Shown: positions 1 to 12,732, counted from the first letter of the stretch. The stretch: 64,000 bases of DNA from Eledone cirrhosa (GCA_964016885.1 OZ024760.1:18538001-18602000), one strand, 5' to 3'. Made by a program: numbers and translations. The notes: generated from the sequence alone by a model not told the origin.

Positions 1-630
1 TACCACCTAGACTGGGGTGTAGAGTCTGTCACTCACGGCTGAGATATACAACCTAGACTGGGGTGTAGAGTGTCACTCACAGCTGAGATATACCACCTAG
101 ACTGGGGTGTACGGTCTGTCACTCACAGCTGAGATATACCACCTAGACTGGGGTGTAGAGTCTGTCACTCACAGCTGAGATATACCACCTAGACTGGGAT
201 GTAGAGTCTGTCACTCACGGCTGAGATATACCACCTAGACTGGGGTGTAGAGTGTCACTTCCTACCACAGCTGAGATATACCATCTAGACTGGGATGTAG
301 AGTCTGTCACTCACGGCTGAGATATACCACCTAGACTGGGATGTAGAGTCTTGCAGCGCCGTTCTACAGCTGAGATATACCACCTAGACTGGGGTGTAGT
401 GTCTGTCAGTCCCTACCACAGCTGAGATATACCAGATAGACTGGGGTGAAGAGTCTACCACCCACAGCTGAGATATACCACCGAGACTGGGGTGTAGAGT
501 CTGTCACTTCCTACCACAGCTGAGATATACCACCTAGACTGGAGTGTAGTGTCTGTCACTCCCTACCACAGCTGAGATATACCACCTAGACTGGGGTGTA
601 GTGTCTACCACACCCAAGATATACCACTTA
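1..630. repeat. Tandem minisatellite, ~44-51 bp unit (cagctgagatataccacctagactggggtgtagagtctgtcact...)
   Basis: About 13 diverged copies from the window start; lies in an intron of the amine oxidase gene. Confidence 0.9.
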
Positions 631-1166
631 TTATTATTGAGTTCAATTCACGCCAAGGTCAACTTTGCCTTTCATCCCCCCAAGGTCAATAAGATAGAGT
701 ACCAGTCATATATTGGTGGTTGATATAATCGACTTACCTTTTACTCCTTACCACAAAATTCTGGCCTTCTGTCTACAGTAGAAATCAATATTAAAATGGC
801 ATTTATATCATAACTTAATAAAAGGATGTTATATAAAATTATGTAGGGAGATTTTAATTTAACTAGGAACACTTTAGAATGGGTGATTAAGCACCCAGTC
901 CACACTGTAAAGTGGTCGTGTAGGTGTCACAACAAAAAGCACCCAGCACTCACTGTAAATGAGGTTAGGAAGGGCATCCAGCTGTAGAAATCAAGCCAAA
1001 ATCAGTTCTGTATGAGCTCACCTGACCTGGCATTGCTCACAACAGGATAACTCGTCTAACCCATGCTAGCATGGAAAAATGGACGTTCAACAGTGAGGAT
1101 GATGATGATGGGGACCAGGTGTAGTTTTGGGCAGGTTGGTATCAAAAAGTTTTATAAACAACTTAC

Positions 1167-1351
1167 CTGTTGGTGTATCTGTGCAAGATTATCAAACTCC
1201 ATATCACGATAGACCTTTTGTGTAGCACCATTTATCAACTGCTTAAATTCAATACGTCTTGAGGTCACTTCGAATGGACCCAAACTCTCACTAAACAGAT
1301 TCTCAGGGTCATCATTATCAAACAGAACAAGCCCCCGGTCAGCTTCGATGC
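1167..1351 (-). CDS. Flavin amine oxidase, coding exon 2 (gene continues left of the window)
   Basis: TTAG acceptor and CAG|GTAAGT donor; phase-1 join to exon 1 gives ...RAKG-IEADRGLVLFDNDDPENLF..., at the position of the ELGA-x-W-I-H-G-x-NP segment of amine oxidases. Confidence 0.75.
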
Positions 1352-1450
1352 CTAATTTTAAAAAAAAATGAAAGTTAGTTAAAGAATCAATCAGATTCAT
1401 ATCGAGGAGTCACAGTCCGATACTATGGCCATGAGGAAAGATTCTCGGAA

Positions 1451-2160
1451 TTGAGAGATCACAGCTCTGATGCTATGGGCATGTAGTTAGAATGTCTCAG
1501 GAAAGAATCTCTGAATTGAGAGATCACAGCTCTGATGCTATGGACATGTGATTAGAATGTCTCAGGAAAGAATTGTTGGATTGAGAGATCACAGCTCTGA
1601 TACTATGGGCATGTAGTTAGAATGTCTCAGGAAAGAATCTCTGAATTGAGAGATCACAGCTCTGATACTATAGGCATGTAGTTAGAATGTCTCAGGAAAG
1701 AATCTCTGAATTGAGAGATCACAGCTCTGATGCTATGGACATGTGATTAGAATGTCTCAGGAAAGAATTGTTGGATTGAGAGATCACAGCTCTGATACTA
1801 TGGGCATGTAGTTAGAATGTCTCAGGAAAGAATCTCTGAATTGAGAGATCACAGCTCTGATACTATAGGCATGTAGTTAGAATGTCTCAGGAAAGAATCT
1901 CTGAATTGAGAGATCACAGCTCTGATGCTATGGACATGTGATTAGAATGTCTCAGGAAAGAATTGTTGGATTGAGAGATCACAGCTCTGATACTATGGGC
2001 ATGTAGTTAGAATGTCTCAGGAAAGAATCTCTGAATTGAGAGATCACAGCTCTGATACTATAGGCATGTAGTTAGAATGTCTCAGGAAAGAATCTCTGAA
2101 TTGAGAGATCACAGCTCTGATGCTACAGACATGTGGTTAGATGTCTCAGGAAAGAATTGC
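1451..2160. repeat. 65-bp tandem repeat (~11 copies) with a 3-unit (195 bp) higher-order period
   Basis: ttgagagatcacagctctgat... recurs at 1451, 1516, 1581 and onward; the gacatgtg variant recurs at 1516, 1711, 1906, 2101. Confidence 0.92.
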
Positions 2161-3044
2161 TGGTTATATTAAAAAGGATGCTAAGATTGTTAGTAATATA
2201 TATTTAAAGAGAGGAAGGAGCCCCACGAAATGGGGTGGCTGTTGCAGTGGGTGTCACTGGCCATTGTCCACAGAAATGCCTTTCGTATTGTCCGAGAGCA
2301 CAGCCCAAACACCACCCCACCCTAGGCTCAGAGCCTATCACCTTCTCCCCTTATGTGGCCCAAGAGTCCTTACATTTCCCCTCCTTTTTCTCTCATTTAT
2401 GGCATTTATAGTCCTTTCCTCTATTTTCCCATACAACCAAATCTGCCCTTCTTTACCCCTTTACAATTTCTTCACAACTTAATTTTGTCTTTATCTTTCC
2501 TTTTCATATTTATAGTGTCACCATTTTCTTTTCCTCTCTTTTAATATAAACTTTTCCGTTTTACTCTCTTATTTCATAATAAACACTACCCATTGCCTAT
2601 CAAAATGTTGGTATTTTGACCGTGACAAAATTGAAACAAGGTTAAAATCAATACAAAATATTTTACGCAGCTATCTCACCTCGTCCAGGTATGTTAATCA
2701 ACGTACGTATATACCTGACTGAACTACACATTCCATTAACTTATTTCTGACAAGCAATGTTTTTTTTCGTTCTCTGTTTCAGTGTTTTACGTTAAAATTT
2801 ACTATTACACCCGCCTCGGAAGCATTTGTAATAATAGTTTTTAAAAAAATTTAATTTTAACGGTATTTTTGTTAATAGATTTAATTAGAATTTTAAAAGT
2901 AAAATTTGTTTTTCCTGATATTTTTTTCATGTTTTGAACGAAAATGTCCTTCAAAACCGTCGTAAATTACTCAAATTAATACACCCATCTTACAGACGGG
3001 TGTATTAATAAAAAATTACAAAAATAATAATACTAATTAATCTT

Positions 3045-3352
3045 TGTGGTTAGGGTATCCGGTTCACAACCGTAAGTTCATGAGTTCGATTCCCAGCGGT
3101 GCGTTGTGTCCTTGAGTAAGACAATTTATTTCACGTTGCTCCAGTGTCCACCGAGCTGGCAAAAATGAGCTGTACCTGTAGTTCGAAAGGCCAGCCATGT
3201 CACATTCTGTGTCAAGCTGAATCTCCCTGAGAACTACGTTAAAAGTACGCGTGTCTGTGGAATGCTCAGCCACTTGCACGTTAATTTCACGAGCAGGCTG
3301 TTCCGTTGTATCAACTAGAACACTCCTCGTCGTAACTAACGGAGTACCAGTT
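3045..3352 (+). mobile_element. tRNA-derived CORE-type SINE
   Basis: B-box-like gttcgattccc followed by CORE-like ttgtgtccttgagtaagaca. Confidence 0.6.
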
Positions 3353-3889
3353 ATTCATATTTACATGGTGTAGTGTTTAACTATGTTTTGAGAAAAATAA
3401 AATATAAAAGACTAAAAATTCTGGTGTTCTGACTATGCTAATAGAATATTAAACAACATTTATCTCTGTCCTAGCTGGTATGTCAAAAAACAAACATGTA
3501 TACCCCGAATGGACAAAACAGGTACCCTCGGGTCCTAATTAATAATAGAGGGGGGGGTATTAACAGGCGTGAGGTTAGAAAGCCTGTAATTTTTCTAGGG
3601 TTGTCTCAGTTAATTTATTTTTTTTAAATTTAAAAACCAGAATTAGTCATTTAGTTTACATATTGAGACCCCCCCCCCAACCCATTTTATTTATTTTATA
3701 ACGTATGTGATTTCTAGTAATTTACTTATTTTGTCATGTTAATGTATAAAGAAAATTAATTGTCGCAGGAATGCTACAACTTAAAATAAAATTTCACCGG
3801 GAATACAAGACGACCATGTTAAATATATTAGAAGAGAATATAATAAAATTATTTAAAAAAATGAGGAAACAACAAATTTCTTTCTTTAC

Positions 3890-4148
3890 CTTTTGCACGG
3901 TTAAAGTTTATACGGTCAGTCCAAATACGTCCACCATATCTGTCCTTCCGTGCTTCTAACACAGTAACATCCCACTGACCAGAGTTTGTGAGAGACCTGG
4001 CCGCTGCTAAACCGGCCATACCTGCTCCAACAACCACTACAGAGCCGGGAGATTCTTGTCGGCTTTTACTGATGTCTGAATTCTTCGAAGCTTCGATTTT
4101 ATGCAAGCAGACGAAGCAAATTAAAATTAAAGCATATGAGGCGACCAT
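3890..4148 (-). CDS. Flavin amine oxidase (polyamine/L-amino-acid oxidase family), first coding exon with signal peptide
   Basis: Hydrophobic N-terminus MVASYALILICFVCLHKIEA; Rossmann motif VVVVGAGMAGLAAA; GG motif LEARKDRYGGRIWT; donor AAG|GTAAAG. Confidence 0.88.
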
Positions 4149-4736
4149 TGTATTTTGGGTTTGTTTTTTTACTGTAATAGCTCAGTGGTATCCAATTCTT
4201 GAGGTGTACCGTCTACCAAACCAACACAAGTACTGTGTGAGCATGCAAAGGTAAACACAATTGTGATTACCTGTACAGGTGTCGTTGTTGTTGTTGTTGC
4301 TGGCGGGAGAATTAGTCAGGCAACAGTTCACTCCCTTGAAAATTTAAATATTATGCAGCTTCCTCTTTCATTACTGTCAAAATTACTACCCCCCCCCCTC
4401 TCTCGTTCACCCTATGTCCTTATGTGTGTATGTATGTGTGTATATATATATATGTGTGTGTATTGAAGTTTCCGTTGAAACAGTCATAGGAGTGAAGAGT
4501 GCTCAATGTAAGTTACAGAGCTAAATATAATGTATAATAAACAATACAATGAGGTAATTATATTGTATTGTTTATTATAGATTATATATATATATATATA
4601 TACATGTAAAGTTATATTTAAAATTGTTGGGTTACAACTAGTAAATATTTATAACTGATATAAAAGCACTCGACAAATACTTGGAGTATATTTACAATAT
4701 TAAATAAATGGAAAACTATATTTATAAAACCATATT

Positions 4737-4802
4737 TATTTCATTATATATATTTCGGGGATATCATATTAACAATATGCTATGCCTTCATCAGACAAAA
4801 TA
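4737..4802 (-). ncRNA. Minimal type-I hammerhead ribozyme motif (family A)
   Basis: Exact reverse complement of the motif at 4905-4970. Confidence 0.72.
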
Positions 4803-4904
4803 CAATATAAACAGTTTTATAGATAAATATATTCGACATACCGTAATAAACATCAACTTCATTTGAAGAGGTTTACTCTGCTAGAGTAAACCTCTTCAAT
4901 ATTG

Positions 4905-4970
4905 TATTTTGTCTGATGAAGGCATAGCATATTGTTAATATGATATCCCCGAAATATATATAATGAAATA
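4905..4970 (+). ncRNA. Minimal type-I hammerhead ribozyme motif (family A)
   Basis: tattttgt-CTGATGA-aggcatagcatatt gtt aatatgatatcccc-GAAA-tatataTA-atgaaata; 8-bp stem I including G.U pairs. Confidence 0.72.
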
Positions 4971-5012
4971 AATATGGTTTTATAAATATAGTTTTCCATT
5001 TATTTAATATTG

Positions 5013-5045
<33 letters not shown>

Positions 5046-5154
5046 AATCATACAGTTCTAGTCCTGTAGAAGCCATTTCTATATTAAATATTTATGCTCT
5101 GCTATATATTGAGTACCTTACTGTGGTTACCCCCGATTGAACCCGGGATAAACT

Positions 5155-5567
5155 TATATATATATACACACACATATATATATATATATACAAACATACA
5201 TATATTTATACACACTCACACACATATATATGTATATACATATACACACATATGTATGTATATATATATATACACACACACACACACATTCTTTTTATTT
5301 CCTTCAGTGCCTTGTCTTTATTCTGGTCTTAATCTGTTAATCTTGTCATATGTATATATATATATACACACACACATATATATATATATACAAACATACA
5401 TATATTTATACACACTCACACACATATATATGTATATACATATACACACATATGTATGTATATATATATACACACACACACACACACATTCTTTTTATTT
5501 CCTTCAGTGCCTTGTCTTTATTCTGGTCTTAATCTGTTAATCTTGTCATATGTATATATATATATAT

Positions 5568-5598
<31 letters not shown>

Positions 5599-5765
5599 CA
5601 AACATACATATATTTATACACACTCACACACATATATATGTATATACATATACACACATATGTATGTATATATATATATATACACACACACACATTCTTT
5701 TTATTTCCTTCAGTGCCTTGTCTTTATTCTGGTCTTAATCTGTTACTCTTGTCATATATATATAT
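5155..5765. repeat. Three tandem ~200-bp units of TA/CA microsatellite plus a unique spacer
   Basis: cttttatttccttcagtgccttgtctttattctggtcttaatctgtta occurs three times. Confidence 0.85.
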
Positions 5766-5811
5766 ATATACCTCAACAACATATGTACTTGTCTATACCA
5801 TACTAATTCAA

Positions 5812-5866
5812 ACTGCCTGAAGAGGTCACAGCCAAAGATGGCTGTCACTGAAATATATATAGCAGT
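5812..5866 (+). ncRNA. Minimal hammerhead ribozyme motif (family B)
   Basis: actgc-CTGAAGA-ggtcacagcca aaga tggctgtcact-GAAA-tatataTA-gcagt; perfect 5-bp stem I. Confidence 0.75.
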
Positions 5867-6374
5867 AATAAACGAAGCTAAATTTTAATCATTTGACTTT
5901 TTATTTAACTTTATTTTACACTACTCCGGAGTAACCAAACCAACCTGCGCACTTCGTCGAGTGCTCCAGCCTGCATGCTGAGGTGTTGGTATACAACCAA
6001 CATAAACTCAAAATCTCTATATATATATATACACACATATATTCTCCCTTAGTTGACATTGGTGACATGGAGAGGAGAGATTGACATGTCTGTGTGTCTC
6101 ATTTAATATGTTCAATTTGGGCCTGGTTTCTATCGCTGGATACCCTTCCTAATGCCAACCACATTTACAGTGTGGACTGGGTGCTTTTTATTGTGGCACC
6201 AGAACGACCATGTAACAGGGTAGACTGGGTACTTTTTGTCATATCACCAGCATGACTACATTACAGGGTGAACTGGGTGCTTTGTTTTTGCCGTGTCACT
6301 AGCACAATCACTTTACAGGGTGGACTGGGTGCTTTATCTAAAAACATCCATCATAATTTCATCTAAGAACTTTT

Positions 6375-6915
6375 GTGACTTATTTTCCAAAAACAATTTT
6401 AATGAGTAAGTTACAAGGACAAAACCAACCAACAGGAGACCCAGGGGTAGGCCCTGAATATGATGGTTGGATAACATCCATGAGCTTGGCTGGTCATGTT
6501 TGGGGATCCCACCAGATCAGTTGCTTCTGACAGGACCAGCTGGAAGGAGTGTTTAAGGACTCTGCCCCCATGACCTTCTCTAAAATAAGTGGCCAAAGAA
6601 GTTAGTTAGTTATATTACTAAAACTTCAAAATACTTGTATCTTCTTCCACTTATTCCTGAAAGGATCATGGGGACAAAGTCTATCAAGAATCATGGGGAC
6701 AAAGTCCTCAAACATTTCCTCTAGTGGGTCATGTCAGAAACAAGTCTCCAATTGATTCAGAAGGATCCCCAAGTGAAACCAACCAAAATTATTTGTAAAC
6801 CATAGGCAATGTCTTTCATAAGAAATATGGTAACAAAATGTGTAATTCTACACAGTCATTTAAGTGTAATTCTACACAGACATTTACACAGTAACAAAAC
6901 ATACAATATGTATAT
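6375..6915. repeat. Diverged ~520-bp direct duplication (partner at ~8310-8822)
   Basis: Colinear shared blocks: ggagacccagggg, gttgcttctgacaggacc, ggggacaaagtcctcaaaca, aaaatgtgtaattctacacag. Confidence 0.8.
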
Positions 6916-7133
6916 AGAGAGTATAAAATTTATTTTTACAAGAAGTCTATTTTTACAGTACAGGTTGATAAATCAGTCGACCATTTCTTCATGTGTGTGT
7001 ATATATACATACATATATATATATATACACATATATATAGGTATGCATATGTATATATATATACATGCAAGCCTGAAAAAGCAGACGTAAAAACGACAAT
7101 GATATATATATATATATATATATACGCACCACA

Positions 7134-7257
7134 CAGGGTAGCCCAAAAGTCGCAATACAAAGGAAATTTTTAAGCTTCCATATTTATTTATTTTGAATAA
7201 ATTGTTTCTTATAAAACAATTATTTTTTTTATGTATCGCGACTTTTAGGCCACCCTG
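7134..7257. mobile_element. Tc1/mariner-type MITE
   Basis: Terminal inverted repeats CAGGGTAGCCCAAAAGTCGC / GCGACTTTTAGGCCACCCTG followed by TA. Confidence 0.7.
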
Positions 7258-7298
7258 TATATATATGTGTACATATATATATATACCTACAAACACAC

Positions 7299-7333
<35 letters not shown>

Positions 7334-7542
7334 TACCTACAAACGCACATATATATATATATATGTATATATATATACCTACAAACACACACATATATAT
7401 ATATATATACCTACAAACACACACATATATATATATATATAGAGTCCAGAATTAGCCGTCGAAACGGCTTGAGCTCAGCTGTCGGGGTCTTACTGGTTCC
7501 TATATATATATATATATATATGTGTGTGTTTGTAGGTATATA

Positions 7543-7587
<45 letters not shown>

Positions 7588-7598
7588 TTGTAGGTATA

Positions 7599-7635
<37 letters not shown>

Positions 7636-7699
7636 AAAGTGAAAGCAGCGATTCTTTGCTTAAACTTTAATCTGTTATTTTAATAAATATATATATATG

Positions 7700-7730
<31 letters not shown>

Positions 7731-7735
7731 GTATG

Positions 7736-7766
<31 letters not shown>

Positions 7767-9729
7767 GTATATATATATGTGTATATATATATGTGTGTTT
7801 GTAGGTATATATATTTATATATATATTTATATATATATACATACAGAGAGAGAGAGCAATGTTATTTGTTATTTTAATGTAAAACTATATTACAATAATC
7901 ATTATCAATAATATATTATTAGTAGTTTGTTTTATTAATATCATACAATAAAAATGACAAAATACTTGAAACAGTTAAGATGAAAAAAATAAAAGGAAGA
8001 ACATGAAGGGGGGGTTAGTAGTAATATCTAATTATTTACAATTCAAAAGGCTTTGTATTGTTATTACAATATTGTCGGGGGTTTTTGTTTGGGGTGGGGG
8101 TTATGGCTGTGTGTTTTATTATTTCTTTTTCTCTCTCATCCCTTCCTTTCATTCCTTGGAATAAGTAACCTTTGTAACCCTACTCTGGAGTCTCAAATAA
8201 TCCCTCAATGCCAACCCCTGTTTAATAACAGGACCAGCTGGAACATTTGATGAGTTGTAGTACACCTGAGCACTGTACACAATAATTTCATTCATTATTA
8301 TTATTATTTGTTGACTTATGTTCCAAAAACAATTTTAACAAGGAGTAAGTTAGTTATATGGACAAAACAACCAGTAGGAGACCCAGGGGTGGACCACAAG
8401 TAAGAGGGTAGGATTATATCTATGAGCTTGGCTGGTTTCGGTTGGGGATCCATCCAGATCAGTTGGAGACAGTTGCTTCTGACAGGACCCACTGGAAGGA
8501 GTGTTTGAGGACTGTGTCCCGCACGACCCTCTCAGGAATAGATGGGTGAAGAAGTTATATTACTAAAACCTCAACATTTTTTAATCTTCTTCTTCAACTT
8601 TTTCCCGAAAGAGTTGTGGGGACAAAGTCCTCAAACACTTCTTCCAGCAGGCTATGTTAGAAACATCTGTCTCCAGTTGATCCATCAGGAACCCCAAGCA
8701 AAAACCAACCAAAATTATTTGAAAACCATGGACAATGTTTTTCATAAGAAATATCGTTAACAAAATGTGTAATTCTACACAGGCATTTACACAGTAACTA
8801 ACAGAACACACAATATGTATATATTATTTCTTTTTCTCTCACATCCTTTCTTTTTCTCCAATTCCTTTCATTCCTAGGTGTAAGCAACCTGAATAACACT
8901 ACTTCCAGGGTCTCAAATAATCCCTCAACCCAAACTTCCATTTATTCATTTTTTCAGATTTATTTTCCATAGTGTTTTAACAATCTTCCAGAAATCTTCT
9001 AGATAACTGTCAGTATTAGCCATCTTCCAGATTTTCCACCAGAGTTAGTAGTTTTCCAGACATTTCTCAGCAACCTTTTGGAAATTTTCCACAGAATTAC
9101 ATGTGGATATGTGGGCAAGTTTTAAGGGTGAAAGTGGGCGAATTTATGTGTGGATAGGGCCAAGATTTAAGTGAGAATGTGGGCAAAAACTGTGTGTTTG
9201 TGGTTAAGGTTTATGTGTAGATCTGTGGGCCAAATTTATATGTGGGTATGTCAGCAAAATTTGTGTGAATATGGGAAGGGTTTATGTGAGACTGTGGGCA
9301 AAATTGTGTGATTGTGGCTAAGGTTTGTGTGGATCTGTGGACCAAATTTATATGTGGGTATGTCGGCAAGATTTGTGTGAATATGGGAAAGGTTTATGTG
9401 AGACTGTGGGCAAAATTGTGTGATTGTGGCTAAGGTTTGTGTGGATCTGTGGACCAAATTTATATGTGGGTATGTCGGCAAGATTTGTGTGAATATGGGA
9501 AAGGTTTATGGGTGATTTTTGACAAGGGTTATGGAAGAATATGGACAAAGTTTATGTGAAAATATGGATAGGGTTTATGTGAGGATATGTCAGCAAGGTT
9601 TTGTGTGTGTGTGTGTATGTATGTATGTATATGTGTGAGGGTGTGTGCATGTGTATGTACACAACCAATACAATGCTATGAGGTATACAAGATTTAGAAG
9701 CTCATGACTCGAGGAGAGGTGGGTGAGCT

Positions 9730-9990
9730 CTAGTGACAACCGCAAGCTTTCACCCTCATTCCTCGATATTTCTTGAGAATGACATTAGAGTTATCATCAA
9801 AATAAAGCACAGATATGGCGCTAAGTTTGGTAGGTGAGCAGCAAGGTTTCGGCATTGCCTGAGATTTCACGGTGTGGAGTAACAGTTGCACAATGGCATG
9901 GTTTGTGGCGTTCATGTTGAGACCAAGAGGAAATATGCACTCGCCGTCACAGTAGAATGCAGAATAACCCTCCGGTGCAATAATCCAACT
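9730..9990 (-). CDS. BMP5-8: BMP5/6/7/8 (gbb/60A class), last coding exon, TGF-beta ligand domain
   Basis: [35 protein letters not shown]...[40 protein letters not shown]; acceptor TTTCTACCAG, phase 0. Confidence 0.97.
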   Translation of the reverse strand, partial: SWIIAPEGYSAFYCDGECIFPLGLNMNATNHAIVQLLLHTVKSQAMPKPCCSPTKLSAISVLYFDDNSNVILKKYRGMRVKACGCH

Positions 9991-10227
9991 CTGGTAGAAA
10001 GAAGGAAAGAAAGAAAGAAAAAATTAGATAAATAATAACAACAACAACAACAATAATTTCATTTATTGGCCAAGATAAAATATACACCCAGTATGATCTG
10101 TAAAGTGGTAGTATTGGTGCCATGGTAAAATACACCCAGTACACTCTGTAAAGTGGTGGAGCTGGTGTCATAATAAAAAGCACCTAGTTGAGTCTGGCAT
10201 CATCATCACTACCATTATTTTAAGTCT

Positions 10228-10420
10228 GTGGATTGGCAGTATCGGTAGAGGGTCGGACGCCATGCTTTGCAGCATAGAGTTACGTCCCTTTACGGACTGA
10301 GTTCAAATCCCGCCGAGGTTAACTTTGCCTTTCATCCTTACGGGGGTCGATAAAATAAAGTACCAGTAATACACTGGGATAATTGCTGGCCTTGTGCCAA
10401 AAGTAGAAACAATTATTTTA
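10228..10420 (+). mobile_element. tRNA-derived SINE with Meta-like central domain (representative copy of the most abundant family)
   Basis: A box tggcagtatcgg, B box gttcaaatcc, central ctttcatccttacggggtcgataaaataaagtacc; further copies near 13.9, 17.9-18.2, 19.7, 20.3, 23.7, 28.3, 39.6, 42.3-42.7, 56.0, 58.5-58.7 and 61.2-62.3 kb. Confidence 0.85.
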
Positions 10421-10641
10421 AGTCTGCTTTCCCATTCATGCATGGATGGGCCATACAGATTTTTTTTACTGGCACAGCATCCTTTCCCATGTTGTATTCC
10501 TTCGTCTTCTGTCATCTTCAGTAATTTGTTATCACCTTTCATCAAGGTCTTACATGGTCTTCCTCTACTGCAGCTACCTCCCACCAGTAGCTGCAATAGA
10601 GAGAGGGGTAGAGGGGGAAAGCAAAGAAAAAAAAATCTCAC

Positions 10642-10709
10642 CTGCCAGCCTAAATCTTCAAAGTCAACATACATGGTCTTCCTTCGACACACTGGTCGGA
10701 CATAACGTC
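10642..10709 (-). CDS. BMP5-8: BMP5-8 coding exon 5
   Basis: (R)RYVRPVCRRKTMYVDFEDLGWQ; TTCTAG acceptor, CAG|GTGAGA donor. Confidence 0.95.
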
Positions 10710-10779
10710 CTAGAAGAGAAAAGAGAGATGACATCACATCACGATCGTCAACATCATCATCAACAACATCATCATCATA

Positions 10780-11440
10780 GCTCCGACGTCTGGCACCTTT
10801 TTGATTTCCATGTGTCTAACACACGTGAGCATACCTACAAAGTCAGAAAACAGTACAGCTCCCATGACTTTCGGAAACATTGGATACATTGAAGCGCCGA
10901 CGTCTGGCAAATGTCTAGGTAAACACCCACAAAATTATTAACCATCTTGCCAACAACAACCCTGAGCACCTTTTTGAATTCCAAGTGTCTAAGGCATGCC
11001 TACAAAGTCAGACAACAGCACAGCTCCCATGACTTTCATAAACATTTTTTCACGCTCAGAGTTGCTGAAGCATGGAACAAACTACCTGCATCAGTTGTTA
11101 GCTGTCGAGACACTGCATCCTTTAAAACCTCCATGGAACCATGGAACAAACTACCTGCATCAGTTGTTAGCTGTCGAGACACTGCATCCTTTAAAACCTC
11201 CATGGAACAAACTACCTGCATCAGTTGTTAGCTGTCGAGACACTGCATCCTTTAAAACCTCCATGCTTCCTGAAATTCGCCAACACTACACCGGATATCC
11301 CCCCCTCCATACACACGCACACATGTATATCATGACTCATACACTGTTCATTTTCCTGACACTTGTCCATTATTCTATGTACTATATATGCACCTTTGAC
11401 AAGTTGTAGTGCACCTGAGCACTGCACACAATTTCATTAT
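10780..11440 (+). mobile_element. CR1/L2-like LINE 3' end with short internal duplications
   Basis: Translates to [27 protein letters not shown] (typical CR1/L2 ORF2 C-terminus); tail gttgtagtgcacctgagcactg; other copies at 27890-28218 (-), 44630-45515, 46476-46910 and 54110-54266. Confidence 0.8.
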
Positions 11441-11991
11441 CATATCAACAACATCATTGTTTTTTTGTTTACTTTTCTATGTTGGTATGGGTTTAGATAG
11501 GATGGTTAGAGACGAGTTTTTCACAACTGGATGTCACAATAATTTTTTTATGCAGGGGTCCTCTGAGACATGAAAACTATTTCAGGGGTTCCGCACAACG
11601 GCTGATGCCACAATAAAATACATGACTTGGTCTGTAAGGACCTGTCCAACTCTTGCTATACATGACTTGGTCTGTAAGGACCTGTCCAACTCTTGCTAGC
11701 AGGAAAAATGGATGTTAAATTATGCTGATGATGATGATGTGTGTGAGTGTGTGCATGTATGTGTGCGTGCGTATATGTGTGACTTTTTAGACAAGGGTAA
11801 AAAGGTTGAGAAATGCTGGTCTAGAGGATAAATATATATTTAGTCCCCTGGCCAATCTAGCCACAGTATGTGACACCATGTCACACCTTGTCACACCCAT
11901 GAAAAATAGACATTCCACAAAGGTGATGGTGTATGGTCACAACGTCAACCAAAAATATAGAGAAAAGGTATAAAATAATATAAAAACTCAC

Positions 11992-12186
11992 GTGTTCGTC
12001 TCCATGTCCAGTGGGAATCATCACGGTTTGAAACTGCTGTTCGCGAATCCATTTGTCTACGTGCAGAACGTGTTCTGCGTACATGTAGCTGTCTGCTCAT
12101 CTTGAAGAAACAGACCAAAAATGCCTGTTTGTCAGGGTCTCCTCTATGTCCTACAATACCGATATGGTTTGGTCTTAATTCTTGAC
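11992..12186 (-). CDS. BMP5-8: BMP5-8 coding exon 4 (end of prodomain, furin sites)
   Basis: GQELRPNHIGIVGHRGDPDKQAFLVCFFKMSRQLHVRRTRSARRQMDSRTAVSNRDDSHWTWRRT; TTTTCCGCTAG acceptor, C|GTGAGT donor; this frame is absent from the ORF track. Confidence 0.93.
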
Positions 12187-12280
12187 CTAGCGGAAAAGAA
12201 GAGAAAGAAAATAGGGGTCAATAAATGGAACAGGGATTCAAAAATGAAATTAAAAAAATTTTTTTTTCAATTTTAAACAT

Positions 12281-12330
<50 letters not shown>

Positions 12331-12552
12331 AGTCAGGACCCCGACAGCTGAGCTCCGGCCGTTTCGACAGCTAGATCCTACATATATAGGAAGGGCATCC
12401 AGCCAGAAACAGTCCTATACAGTCACTCAACCCAACTTGCCACAAATAGGACAAACCCATCTAACCCATGCAAGCATGGAAGATAGACGTTAAACAATGG
12501 TGACCGAATGAATTAACTATGGAGACACGATTTCATATCAAAACCTCGCAAA

Positions 12553-12590
<38 letters not shown>

Positions 12591-12594
<4 letters not shown>

Positions 12595-12673
12595 ATACTT
12601 TGGGAGGGTCATGTTGCCAATAAGAAACACACGCACGTTTCTTATTGGCAACATGACCCTCCCAAAGTATAAC
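12591..12673. repeat. Perfect hairpin (~38-bp arms, 7-nt loop) in a BMP intron
   Basis: tgttatactttgggagggtcatgttgccaataagaaac / gtttcttattggcaacatgaccctcccaaagtataaca. Confidence 0.9.
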
Positions 12674-12732
12674 AATATCGGTTTCAACACACGATTTCAG
12701 ATAAAGAATCTTGCTAAACAAATTCAGAAACG

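Larger units (their letters stand above)
4695..5012. repeat. Fold-back element with one hammerhead motif per arm
   Basis: 4695-4808 is the reverse complement of ~4897-5012; central hairpin tgaagaggtttactct-gct-agagtaaacctcttca; flanked by TA-rich tracts. Confidence 0.85.

Noticed and set aside
4268-4280. Same ttacctgtacagg at putative 5'-UTR donors of the oxidase (4268) and BMP (23938) genes
   Set aside because: Half of the match is the splice consensus; the rest is plausibly chance
10228-10320. A-box/B-box sequences suggesting tRNA genes
   Set aside because: No cloverleaf, over-long box spacing, and always attached to a SINE body
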